A stretch of 64,000 nucleotides of DNA from a bacterium (GTDB lineage: Bacteria > Bacillota_I > Bacilli_A > RF39 > UBA660), in the NCBI GenBank assembly GCA_029099845.1, contig JAQXOT010000019.1, positions 13,733-77,732 on the forward strand, given 5' to 3'. Shown in pieces: positions 1 through 8,575 of the stretch. Each line of letters starts with the position of its first letter. The stretch's first letter is position 1. The notes beneath the pieces are model-generated. The model searched no databases. It was given only the letters and a program-made list of their open reading frames with translations, and was not told the origin of the DNA. The position numbers and the translations under genes are program-made.

Positions 1-181
1 TTTTAATTCCAATACTAGCAATGTTATTTAAGGCTTTATATTGTTTTGGAGTTGAAATTGGCGAAAATTGGCGTATTTTGTATGAAAATGTCCTTTTTTC
101 ATAAAAAAAGTTGGAAAAATTGTTGAAAATACAAAAATCTTTTGTTATAATTCATTGTAGTTAAAAACGAAGGGAGGGATA

Positions 182-385
182 ATGATGGCGACTAAAGTAA
201 CTGTTAGAGGTAATCTTGACCAAGCTCTAAGAAAGTTTAAACAAAAGGTAGCAAGAGATGGTGTCCCTTCAGAATGTAGAAAAAGAGAAGCTTATGATAA
301 ACCAGGTGTTAGAAGAAGAGCTGCTAAAAAAGAAGGTATTAAGAATTCTCAAAAGAGAAATCGTGCAAATAATAGAGATTATTAA
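182..385 (+). CDS. rpsU: 30S ribosomal protein S21
   Basis: LDQALRKFKQK...RKREAYDKPGVRRR signature; strong SD (GGAGGG). Confidence 0.95.
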   Translation: MMATKVTVRGNLDQALRKFKQKVARDGVPSECRKREAYDKPGVRRRAAKKEGIKNSQKRNRANNRDY

Positions 386-399
386 TCTCTATTTTTTTT
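371..399 (+). terminator. Intrinsic terminator overlapping the rpsU stop
   Basis: AATAGAGATT-att-AATCTCTATT 10-bp stem followed by a T run. Confidence 0.75.
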
Positions 400-447
400 G
401 CATTATTTTATTTTTGTGGTAAAATAAATAGTACTTTTGGAGGAGTT

Positions 448-1401
448 ATGAGTAGTTTTATTGATAGGTGTTACAATGAGCAATCTGCTAATTCGTTTTT
501 GAATTCGTGCAAAGTATTGATGAATAAGATAGATGCTGATAGAAAGTTTTATGATGAGGGTTTTAAGGATCAGCAATTTTTGATATTTAGTGGAATGCTT
601 TCATATTATGGGTATTTTTATTTGGATGAAATTGTTAAGGCATTTAAAGAAACAGAATTTTTTTATGTTTCAATTGATTATGAGGATTTTAAGAGGGAAA
701 ATCCAGAGTTTGCGGTTGAGTTTGCAGAAAATCCAATTGCTTTAACTAGAAGAGCGGTAGCTTTAGAACTTTTACCCCCACGTTTAGTATCAGATAATAC
801 AATTTGGTTATTTGTTCAAAATGATTGTTCAGATATTGAGTGGTTGGAGATTGTAGCTCATGAAATAAATCATATAGTTAATTCAATTAATAAGTCATTA
901 GCAGTAAGATGGTTTGATGTTATTGGTAGAACAGGGTGCTCTTTATATAGTAATAGGATTGATGCTAGAGGTGGACTTGTTTTTGAAGAATCAGTTAATG
1001 TCTTACAAACGGCAGAGATTATGAACCATATTTTGGGATTTTTAAATTTTGATATTCATGATGAAGAAATTAGAGGAGCTTTTGATAAATATAGAAACTA
1101 CTTGGGAGAGAAAAGAAAGGGAATTGGCTATACTCGCTCAGTACCTTATATTAGAGAACTTTATCAGCAACCTAGTTTTAATGATATTTTAGTTTTATCT
1201 AGATTAAATGGTAATTTGGATGAATTAAAGGAACATTTTGAAGGGAAAACTTATGTTGGAGCCTATAATGATTTGTTAGAGGCTATGGATAAATTTTATT
1301 TTTGTACTACTTTAGAAGATGAAAAAATTGGTAAGGAAAAAGTTAAGGAATTGACTAAACGATATAATAATTTATATGAGGGAGATGATTTTAATGTTTA
1401 G
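448..1401 (+). CDS. Hypothetical protein, zincin-like (HExxH intact)
   Basis: AHEINH motif plus downstream FEESVN (candidate third Zn ligand); SD GGAGGAG; paralog of next ORF. Confidence 0.7.
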   Translation: MSSFIDRCYNEQSANSFLNSCKVLMNKIDADRKFYDEGFKDQQFLIFSGMLSYYGYFYLDEIVKAFKETEFFYVSIDYEDFKRENPEFAVEFAENPIALTRRAVALELLPPRLVSDNTIWLFVQNDCSDIEWLEIVAHEINHIVNSINKSLAVRWFDVIGRTGCSLYSNRIDARGGLVFEESVNVLQTAEIMNHILGFLNFDIHDEEIRGAFDKYRNYLGEKRKGIGYTRSVPYIRELYQQPSFNDILVLSRLNGNLDELKEHFEGKTYVGAYNDLLEAMDKFYFCTTLEDEKIGKEKVKELTKRYNNLYEGDDFNV

Positions 1402-2311
1402 TTCTTTAGATAATGTTAATGATACTGTTAATTATGCTAGGGGTGTTATTAAACAGATTGATCATATTAATGGTATGGATGATTCTTTGAGCGATATAAA
1501 AACGTTAATGTTTGCTGCTATGTTAGATTTTTATGGTATGAAGCATGTTGATGAGATTTATTTGGCTTTTTTAAGGACTGATTTTATTTTATGTGATGAT
1601 TTATGCGATACTCTTTCTGAAAAATATGGTTTGTCTTATGATTATGTATTAAAATTAATTGAACATTGTCCGGGGACTTTTTATGCGGTTGATGCAGTGA
1701 AAGATTTAAAAACAAATAAATATAAATTTAAAAGAAGTATATATATTTCTGATAAAATTGGTACTAATACTTTAATTAGAAGTCTTACACATCAGGTTAA
1801 TCATGTTATTAATTCTTTTAATAGACCAGTTTTAAAGAAAAATGGTGATTATGTATCAAGAATGGGAATTTCGGTTGAACATTTTGGTTCGAGAAGAACA
1901 GAAGTTTTAGGATTAGAAGAGGCAATTAATGATTTTCAGACGGAAGATATTTTAAAATGCATTAAACGTTTTAGTGATGATGAAATTACTGATTTAGGTG
2001 TTAAAAGATTACTTGATAGTTTTACGTTTGATGGATTACTTCAAAATGATAAAAATACTTTGTTTAGTGAAATTGTTGAACCACTTTATACTGAAAAATT
2101 ATTTAATGAAAGCTTAATTAAGGGAAGATTTAGTGGTGATTTAGCTAGCATTAGAAATTGTTTTGATGCTGTAGTTGGGAATGGCTCTTTTGGTTGTTTG
2201 CTTGCTTTTTGTGATAAGTTGGAGAAATTAGATAATTCTTCTTCACAACTAGAATATGAAGAAGAGAAGGCTAAATGTTTGGTTAAAAGATATGTTGATA
2301 ATTGCAAGTAG
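1394..2311 (+). CDS. Hypothetical protein, paralog of upstream ORF with degenerate zincin motif (HQVNH)
   Basis: Co-linear motifs with 448..1401 (FYG..H.DEI..AF..T.F; H.vNH.iNS; EE.iN..QT). Start set to ATG 1394 behind GGAGA; track start is 1376. Confidence 0.7.
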   Translation: MFSSLDNVNDTVNYARGVIKQIDHINGMDDSLSDIKTLMFAAMLDFYGMKHVDEIYLAFLRTDFILCDDLCDTLSEKYGLSYDYVLKLIEHCPGTFYAVDAVKDLKTNKYKFKRSIYISDKIGTNTLIRSLTHQVNHVINSFNRPVLKKNGDYVSRMGISVEHFGSRRTEVLGLEEAINDFQTEDILKCIKRFSDDEITDLGVKRLLDSFTFDGLLQNDKNTLFSEIVEPLYTEKLFNESLIKGRFSGDLASIRNCFDAVVGNGSFGCLLAFCDKLEKLDNSSSQLEYEEEKAKCLVKRYVDNCK

Positions 2312-2372
2312 GGAAAGTTAAAATTGATTAATTTAATTAAATCTTTTATAATATTTACAAGGAGATGAAAAT

Positions 2373-2810
2373 ATGGTAGAAAAATTAAAAGCTGATATGA
2401 TTGAGGCAATGAAGAATAAAGAAAAAGAAAGATTAACAGTTATTAGAATGGTTAAAGCAGCAATGGATCAGGAACATATAGATCGAAAAAGAGAAATTAA
2501 TGATGAATTATTAATTGATGTTGTTAATAAACAGATAAAAATGAGAAGGGATTCTATTAGCGAGTTTGAAAAAGGAAATAGACTTGATTTAGTTGATAAG
2601 ACACAAGAAGAAATCACTATATTAGAAAAATATTTACCAGAACAGTTAACTTTAGAAGAAGTAAATAAAATTATCGATGAAATTTTTGAGGAAGTTAAAC
2701 CTATGGGCCAAAAAGATATGGGAAAAGTTATGAAAGAAGCTACAACTAAATTAAAAGGTAAGACTGATATGAAAATGGTGTCTGAAATAATTAAGAGTAG
2801 ATTGAGCTAG
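2373..2810 (+). CDS. yqeY: GatB/YqeY domain protein
   Basis: LKADMIEAMKNKEKERL...YLPEQL...DMGKVM; downstream of rpsU as in Bacillus. Confidence 0.92.
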   Translation: MVEKLKADMIEAMKNKEKERLTVIRMVKAAMDQEHIDRKREINDELLIDVVNKQIKMRRDSISEFEKGNRLDLVDKTQEEITILEKYLPEQLTLEEVNKIIDEIFEEVKPMGQKDMGKVMKEATTKLKGKTDMKMVSEIIKSRLS

Positions 2811-2822
2811 AAATGTGGAAAA

Positions 2823-2851
2823 GCATTTCTTTTTTTTTATTTACATATACT
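2823..2851 (+). promoter_or_regulatory. Candidate sigma-E type sporulation promoter for yqfC-yqfD
   Basis: GCATTTC-N14-CATATACT resembles the B. subtilis sigE consensus; yqfCD is sigE-controlled in Bacillus. It overlaps the hairpin after yqeY. Confidence 0.45.
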
Positions 2852-2858
2852 TTTGTAG

Positions 2859-3116
2859 GTGATTAGAATGGTCGGATTTGAAAAGATAAGAAAGTATATA
2901 GTTGATGATGAATTTCGACTTATATTTTTTGATAATCAGATTTATATCATAAATTATGATAAAATTTTGGAATTAAGTGATGGAAATATTACTGTTAACT
3001 GGGAAAATAAATTATTTGTAATTAAAGGGGATGTTTTATCTCTTAAAAGGCTTTTAGATAGGGAAGTATTAATTTCTGGAAAGATAAAATCTATAGAGGT
3101 GTTCTATGATAAGTAA
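2859..3116 (+). CDS. yqfC: YabP/YqfC family sporulation protein
   Basis: IYIINYDKIL...I.G..L.LK.L...EVLISGKI.SI; directly upstream of yqfD. Start may be ATG 2868. Confidence 0.8.
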   Translation: MIRMVGFEKIRKYIVDDEFRLIFFDNQIYIINYDKILELSDGNITVNWENKLFVIKGDVLSLKRLLDREVLISGKIKSIEVFYDK

Positions 3117-4248
3117 ATATAAGGTAGTGGTGGAAGGTAAAAATCCTGATTATTTTATTACGCAGTTAATTAAAAATAATATCTGTATTTATAAATTGGA
3201 AAAAGAATATAAAAAATTAATAATAATTATTTCAGAAAATGATTTTAATAAATTAAAAGAAATAAAGACGAGTTATAAATATTATGTAATTGATAGTTAT
3301 GGATTGGTAAAGGTTAGGTATTTGTTTAAAAAATATTACTTTTTTTTAATGTGTTTTGGTGGGGGAATTTTACTTATTCTTTTTCTTAGTCATTTTATTT
3401 TTTCGGTTGAGGTTCTTCATTCTAATTCTTATATTAGGGAAGTAGTTTATAATAATTTACGTGAAAATGGTATTTATAAATATAAGTTTAAAGTTAATTA
3501 TGAAGAAAAAGAAAAAATAGTTGATCGAATATTGAAAAAAGAAGTTAATGATATTGAGTGGCTAGAAATAGAAGAAGTTGGTACTAAATATATTGTTAGG
3601 GTTTTGGAGAGAAAGAGAAATAAAGAAAAAGAAGTTTGCCAAGCACGAAATATAGTTGCAAAAAAGGATGCTATGATATTAGAGATACAAGGGGAAGTTG
3701 GGGAAATTGTAAAGAAAAAATATGATTATGTAAAAGCTGGAGATATTATAATTAGTGGTATTATTCATAATAAAGAAGATATAGTGGCGAAGAAATGTGC
3801 AAGTGGTAAGGTGTATGGCGAGGTATGGTATAAGGTTAATTTAGAAGTACCTAAAGAATATAAAGAGGAGAGGGTTACAGGGAGGGAAAAAAGACAGTTA
3901 GAGATTAATTTTTTAGGTAAGAGATATGCCTTTTTTAATGGTTTTAAGACTTATAAAAGAAAAAGTATTAGTTTACTGAGTTCTAATATTTTACCAGTTA
4001 GTATTGATTTTACTAAATATTTAGAAACTGATGTTTTAAGATATTCATATAATCTATCTAATATTGATGATATGGCGTTAGATATGGCTTCTTCTAAGCT
4101 TAAAAATAAGCTTAGTAAGGATGATGTTATACTTTCGAAAAAAGTTTTGAAAAAACAAGAAAAAAATAGTAAAATAATAGTAGAAGTGTTTATTAAAGTT
4201 AAAGAGGACATTACTGATAGTTTGGAGATTATTGATTCTAAGGAGTGA
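3106..4248 (+). CDS. yqfD: Sporulation protein YqfD (stage IV)
   Basis: TM segment, IEWLEIEEVGT, NIVAKKDAMI, VKAGDIIISGII, ASGKVYGEVWY motifs. Confidence 0.9.
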   Translation: MISKYKVVVEGKNPDYFITQLIKNNICIYKLEKEYKKLIIIISENDFNKLKEIKTSYKYYVIDSYGLVKVRYLFKKYYFFLMCFGGGILLILFLSHFIFSVEVLHSNSYIREVVYNNLRENGIYKYKFKVNYEEKEKIVDRILKKEVNDIEWLEIEEVGTKYIVRVLERKRNKEKEVCQARNIVAKKDAMILEIQGEVGEIVKKKYDYVKAGDIIISGIIHNKEDIVAKKCASGKVYGEVWYKVNLEVPKEYKEERVTGREKRQLEINFLGKRYAFFNGFKTYKRKSISLLSSNILPVSIDFTKYLETDVLRYSYNLSNIDDMALDMASSKLKNKLSKDDVILSKKVLKKQEKNSKIIVEVFIKVKEDITDSLEIIDSKE

Positions 4249-4865
4249 TATATTTGTTTGAACCATTATCAAAGACAATTCAAGAAGTAGTTAATTTTAC
4301 TTGGCCAATGATACTTATTTCTGTAGTAGTATTGGTCTCTCTTAGAGTGAGTTATTTTATTAAGTATAGAAAAGAGAAAAAGTTTGTTTTTTATAAAGAA
4401 TTGTTGATGCTTAGTTTTGTAATTTATATAATGTGTTTGTTTCAAGTAGTTACTTTTCAGGATGATACTTGGTCAGCTAATAATTTTATTCCTTTTAGAG
4501 AGATAATGCGTTATAATGTTGGTAGTCGCTTATTTTTTAAAAATGTTATGGGGAACATAATTATGTTTTTACCATATGGCTTTTTTGCGAGCTACTTATT
4601 AAAAAATAAAAAAATTAGTGTTGCATTTATACTTACTGTTATAGCTTCTTTTTCAATTGAATTAGTGCAAATGATGATTGGGAGAGTTTTTGATGTTGAT
4701 GATATAATTCTTAATGTTTGTGGTGGCTGTTTAGGCTTTTTAATTTATTATTTGATAGATAAGTTGTGGTATAAGTTACCTAAGGTGTTAAGAAGAGAAT
4801 CTGTTTTAAATATTTTTTCGGTTATTATATTAGTTTTAGTTGTATTAGTTATAATAGGAATTTAG
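4245..4865 (+). CDS. VanZ family membrane protein
   Basis: NFIPFREI, NVMGNIIMFLPYG, SFSIELVQ, GRVFDVDDIILNVCG. Confidence 0.9.
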   Translation: MIYLFEPLSKTIQEVVNFTWPMILISVVVLVSLRVSYFIKYRKEKKFVFYKELLMLSFVIYIMCLFQVVTFQDDTWSANNFIPFREIMRYNVGSRLFFKNVMGNIIMFLPYGFFASYLLKNKKISVAFILTVIASFSIELVQMMIGRVFDVDDIILNVCGGCLGFLIYYLIDKLWYKLPKVLRRESVLNIFSVIILVLVVLVIIGI

Positions 4866-4873
4866 GAGGTTTT

Positions 4874-5323
4874 ATGAATAATATTGAAATTTTTAATCAG
4901 GTTGATGAAGATATTTTAGAATTAGAGGAGGTTCGTAAGGTTTTATACAAGGCTATGGAGAAGGAAAAACTTGAGAATACGTCTTTTAATTTAATTATTG
5001 TTGATAATAATTATATTCATGCTCTTAATAATACTTATCGACATATTGATAGGGAAACAGATGTTATTACGTTTGCTTTAGAAGATGAGGATACTTTAGT
5101 TGTTGGTGGTAATCAGCGAATTCTTGGTGATATTTATATATCGATTGATAAGGCGAAAAGCCAGGCTAAAGAATATGGACATAGCCTTCTTAGAGAATTA
5201 GCTTTTTTGGCAGTACATGGCTTTTATCATTTGCTTGGTTATGATCATATGAATCCTAGTGATGAAGAAGTTATGTTCAAAAAGCAAGATGAAGTTTTGG
5301 ATTCTTGTGGTATTTTTAGATAG
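4874..5323 (+). CDS. ybeY: rRNA maturation RNase YbeY
   Basis: TDVITF, LGDIYIS, HGFYHLLGYDH. Confidence 0.97.
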   Translation: MNNIEIFNQVDEDILELEEVRKVLYKAMEKEKLENTSFNLIIVDNNYIHALNNTYRHIDRETDVITFALEDEDTLVVGGNQRILGDIYISIDKAKSQAKEYGHSLLRELAFLAVHGFYHLLGYDHMNPSDEEVMFKKQDEVLDSCGIFR

Positions 5324-5356
5324 GAAGTTAGTTACTTTTAGGAAGGAATTATTGAT

Positions 5357-5743
5357 ATGAAAGAAAAATTATTGGAATTACAAAAGAATAGTTATTCTCC
5401 TTATTCTAAATATGCTGTTAGTGCAATATTGGTGATGAATGATGGGCGAGAATTTTATGGTGTAAATGTTGAAAATGCTAGTTATGGAGCAGGAATTTGT
5501 GCTGAAAGATCTGCTATAGTTAGTGCGGTTAGTGCAGGATATAAAAGAGGCGATTTTAAGGAATTAAATGTGATGGTATCTAGTGGGGATATTGGAATGC
5601 CTTGTTTTATTTGTCGCCAAGTTATTATAGAATTTTTTGAGCCTGATGCTATAGTTAGATGTTTTTCTACTAGGGGTGATGTTGTTGAACATACAGTAGA
5701 AAAGTTATGCCCATATCCTTTTGATAGTGAGGATTTGAAATAA
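5357..5743 (+). CDS. cdd: Cytidine deaminase
   Basis: SYSPYS, GVNVENASYG.GICAE, PCFICRQ. Confidence 0.96.
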   Translation: MKEKLLELQKNSYSPYSKYAVSAILVMNDGREFYGVNVENASYGAGICAERSAIVSAVSAGYKRGDFKELNVMVSSGDIGMPCFICRQVIIEFFEPDAIVRCFSTRGDVVEHTVEKLCPYPFDSEDLK

Positions 5744-6633
5744 TGAGATGCGGTTTTGTTAGTTTGGTGGGAAGACCAAATGTAGGAAAAAGTACACTAC
5801 TTAATAGTATTTTAGGAATGAAATTGGCAATTACTTCAGATGTTAGTGGGACAACGAGAAATGTTATACAAGGTATTTATAATGATGATGATTCACAAAT
5901 TATATTTGTCGATACACCTGGTATTCATAAACCTACTCACAAACTGGGTACACTTTTAAATAAAAAAGCTTATAACTCTACTGAGGGAGTAGATGTTATA
6001 TTATTTTTGGTTGATATTTCAAAGGGAATTGGCAAAGGCGATTTATTTGTTTTAGATAAAATAAAAAATAATGGGATACCAGTATTTTTAGTATTAAATA
6101 AAATTGATCAAGTAAAAAATAAAGAAGTTTTATTAGGTGAAATTGATAAAATAAAAGAATTGTATGATTTTGCAGAAATTATTCCTATTTCAGCAAGAAA
6201 AAATGATAATATTGATGTAGTTATTGATTGTATAAAAAAAAGATTGCCTGAGAGTGATGCCATTTATTCAAAAGATGAACTAACCAATGTTTCAACGCGA
6301 TTTATTATGGCAGAGTTTGTTAGAGAAAAAATTATGGAATTAACTCATGATGAAATTCCGCATACTGTTACTTGTTACGTAGAAAATTATGAAGAAGATG
6401 AAAAAGTTGTTCATATTCAAGTCTTGATTGTTGTAGATCGAGATAATTTGAAAAAGATAATTATTGGTAAAAATGGTTCAATGTTAAAGGAAATTGGATC
6501 TAAAGCACGAGTAGAAATGGAAGAATTTTTAGGTAAAAAAGTGTATTTAGAAACCTATGTTAAAACTTTAAAAAATTGGCGTGATCAGGAAAAGTATTTT
6601 TTAGAATTAGGTTTAAAAGATGAAGATGAATAA
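5743..6633 (+). CDS. era: GTPase Era
   Basis: GRPNVGKSTL, DTPG, NKID, KH-domain EIPH and IIIGKNG. Confidence 0.98.
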   Translation: MRCGFVSLVGRPNVGKSTLLNSILGMKLAITSDVSGTTRNVIQGIYNDDDSQIIFVDTPGIHKPTHKLGTLLNKKAYNSTEGVDVILFLVDISKGIGKGDLFVLDKIKNNGIPVFLVLNKIDQVKNKEVLLGEIDKIKELYDFAEIIPISARKNDNIDVVIDCIKKRLPESDAIYSKDELTNVSTRFIMAEFVREKIMELTHDEIPHTVTCYVENYEEDEKVVHIQVLIVVDRDNLKKIIIGKNGSMLKEIGSKARVEMEEFLGKKVYLETYVKTLKNWRDQEKYFLELGLKDEDE

Positions 6634-6697
6634 TTATTTATAGGTTTTTGGTATAAGAACTTTTATAAAACATCACTATATTATTAGAGGTGATTTT

Positions 6698-6781
6698 ATG
6701 ATAGAAATCTTATGGGATTTATTTATGAAAACTGGTGATATAAAGTATTATAATCTTTTACAAAAAATTAAGAAGATGTGA
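6698..6781 (+). CDS. yqzL: YqzL-like small protein (27 aa, not in ORF track)
   Basis: MIEILWDLFMKTGDIKYYNLLQKIKKM with SD GAGGTGA; W..F..TG.I..Y pattern; lies between era and recO, as yqzL does in Bacillus. Confidence 0.75.
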   Translation: MIEILWDLFMKTGDIKYYNLLQKIKKM

Positions 6782-7530
6782 TATTAATGAAAATAGAAAG
6801 CTTTGATGGACTTGTTTTAAGTGAAACTAATTATGGTGAGTCAAGTAAAATTTTAAATGTTTTAACAAAAGAATATGGTTTAATTGGAATTATGTCTAAA
6901 GGCTGTAGAAACGTTAAAAGCAAGTTGCGTGGTGTTAGTAGGAAACTAATATATGGTAAGTTCCACGCTTATTATAAAGAAAATGGCTTATCTGTACTTA
7001 TTGGAGTTGATTTAATTAATTCTTTTACTAATATCATTATGGATTTAGAAAAAGTTAGTTATGCAGCTTTTATGATTGATTTAGTTTTGCAAGTAGTTAG
7101 GCAAAATAATGATTCAAATATTTTTGATTTAATTTTAGCCTCATTAGAAAAATTAGAAGAGGGCTTTAGCCCTATTTCTTTAACAAATATTTTGGAGTTA
7201 AAATTACTTGATTATTTGGGAGTTAGCCCATGTATAGATTCTTGTAGTAATTGTGGTAGTGATAAGGCAATTGTTACTATTTCGGCAGATATGGGTGGTT
7301 ATATATGTAAAAATTGTTATCATAACGAGGGACTAGTTAGTGAAAAAACAATTAAGATGGTTAGAATGTTTTATTATGTTGATATAAAAAATATTTCTAA
7401 GTTAGAGGTATCTAGTGAAGTTAATAAAGAAATCGAATTGTTTTTGGAACAGTATTATGATCGCTATACTGGCATTTATTTAAAAAGTAAAGATTTTGTA
7501 AAAAAAATAAATATGTTGAACGGGGTATAG
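6778..7530 (+). CDS. recO: DNA repair protein RecO
   Basis: NYGESSKILNVLTKEYG; Zn finger CSNC...CKNC. Start may be ATG 6787. Confidence 0.95.
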   Translation: MILMKIESFDGLVLSETNYGESSKILNVLTKEYGLIGIMSKGCRNVKSKLRGVSRKLIYGKFHAYYKENGLSVLIGVDLINSFTNIIMDLEKVSYAAFMIDLVLQVVRQNNDSNIFDLILASLEKLEEGFSPISLTNILELKLLDYLGVSPCIDSCSNCGSDKAIVTISADMGGYICKNCYHNEGLVSEKTIKMVRMFYYVDIKNISKLEVSSEVNKEIELFLEQYYDRYTGIYLKSKDFVKKINMLNGV

Positions 7531-7593
7531 GAAATACTTTCTTAGTAGATAGGTTTTTTTTATCAAGTGTTTTTAACTTGTTTTTTGATAGCC

Positions 7594-7622
7594 TTGACAA
7601 GTTTTAGAAACGCTAGTATATT
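7594..7622 (+). promoter_or_regulatory. sigma-A promoter of the Gly T-box operon
   Basis: TTGACA (7594-7599)-N17-TATATT (7617-7622). Confidence 0.7.
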
Positions 7623-7629
7623 ATAACTA

Positions 7630-7757
7630 TAAGTGTGATGACCGGTCGTGGAAAGCCGTGAGCAGTATATATTAGAGATGATTCTTCTAGAATAAATAAG
7701 GTGGAACCGCGGAATTTATTTCGTCCTTATGGGTATTCTGGAAGTTTTTCTTTTTTT
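7630..7757 (+). promoter_or_regulatory. T-box riboswitch (Gly), unusually short
   Basis: AAGGTGGAACCGCG at 7698-7711 (UGGA pairs with tRNA-Gly UCCA); antiterminator ATAAGG..GCG/CGT..CCTTAT; T run at about 7745-7757; glyQS downstream. Confidence 0.85.
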
Positions 7758-7768
7758 GGAGGCTTTGT

Positions 7769-8575
7769 ATGAAGATAGAGGGATTAAAAATATTAGATTC
7801 AAATTTTTATCATCAAATAATTATTGGTGATAGAAAAATGATAGTTCAAAGATATGATAGACATGGAGTGTTAGACACTAAAGATGATGGACCAGTTAGG
7901 GTTAAATCTACTGATGCAATTTCTAAGAGAATAAAAGGAAAAGATGATGATGAAGTTAAAGCGCTGGTATTAGATTATTTTTTAAGTTATAATAAAATTA
8001 GTGCAATATTGGAAGATGCAAGTATCCAATGGAATTTTTATCCTTTGTTAGTTGATAGTTCTTTGGGTAAAAAACTAATATTTAAAGATAATTTGAGTAA
8101 AGATCTTTGTGATAAGGTTCGTTCTAAATATTGCTTTGATCGCTTGGAATTTTTAGTGAATTTGGATTCTTGCAGTGATTTTACATTTAATACTGGTATG
8201 GGGAACTCTTATTATAAAATGGCTCAAGATAGCGATAATAAAGCTATTTTTGGATTGAGTACTTATTATGATGATAAAAAAAGATTACAAGTAAGAAAAG
8301 AAGAACTTGATTTTTTGGCTAAAGCGATTGATATAATTATGGAAGGTAACATTATTGATGTTGTAGGGACTTGTTCTAATGATAGAATGGGATTTAGTGG
8401 TGAGTTTGTGATTTTAGATAAAGAACGTGAGGATAAAGTTATTCATATATCTAAAGAATTAGTAACATTTGCTTCTCCTTTTGTTGGCAAACATAATTTA
8501 AATGTTTTTTCGCAAAGAAGAGAGGAAGAAAAAAATGAAGGAAAAGTTTATCAAATGAAAATGGAGGAATTTTAA
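7769..8575 (+). CDS. Hypothetical protein between the Gly T-box and glyQS
   Basis: 268-aa ORF with SD GGAGG; its stop abuts the glyQS ATG; no recognised family. Confidence 0.75.
   Translation: MKIEGLKILDSNFYHQIIIGDRKMIVQRYDRHGVLDTKDDGPVRVKSTDAISKRIKGKDDDEVKALVLDYFLSYNKISAILEDASIQWNFYPLLVDSSLGKKLIFKDNLSKDLCDKVRSKYCFDRLEFLVNLDSCSDFTFNTGMGNSYYKMAQDSDNKAIFGLSTYYDDKKRLQVRKEELDFLAKAIDIIMEGNIIDVVGTCSNDRMGFSGEFVILDKEREDKVIHISKELVTFASPFVGKHNLNVFSQRREEEKNEGKVYQMKMEEF

Noticed and set aside
6651-6678. Forespore sigma promoter before yqzL (GTATA...CATCACTA)
   Set aside because: The elements resemble sigF/sigG boxes but the spacing does not fit the consensus I recall; not supportable.
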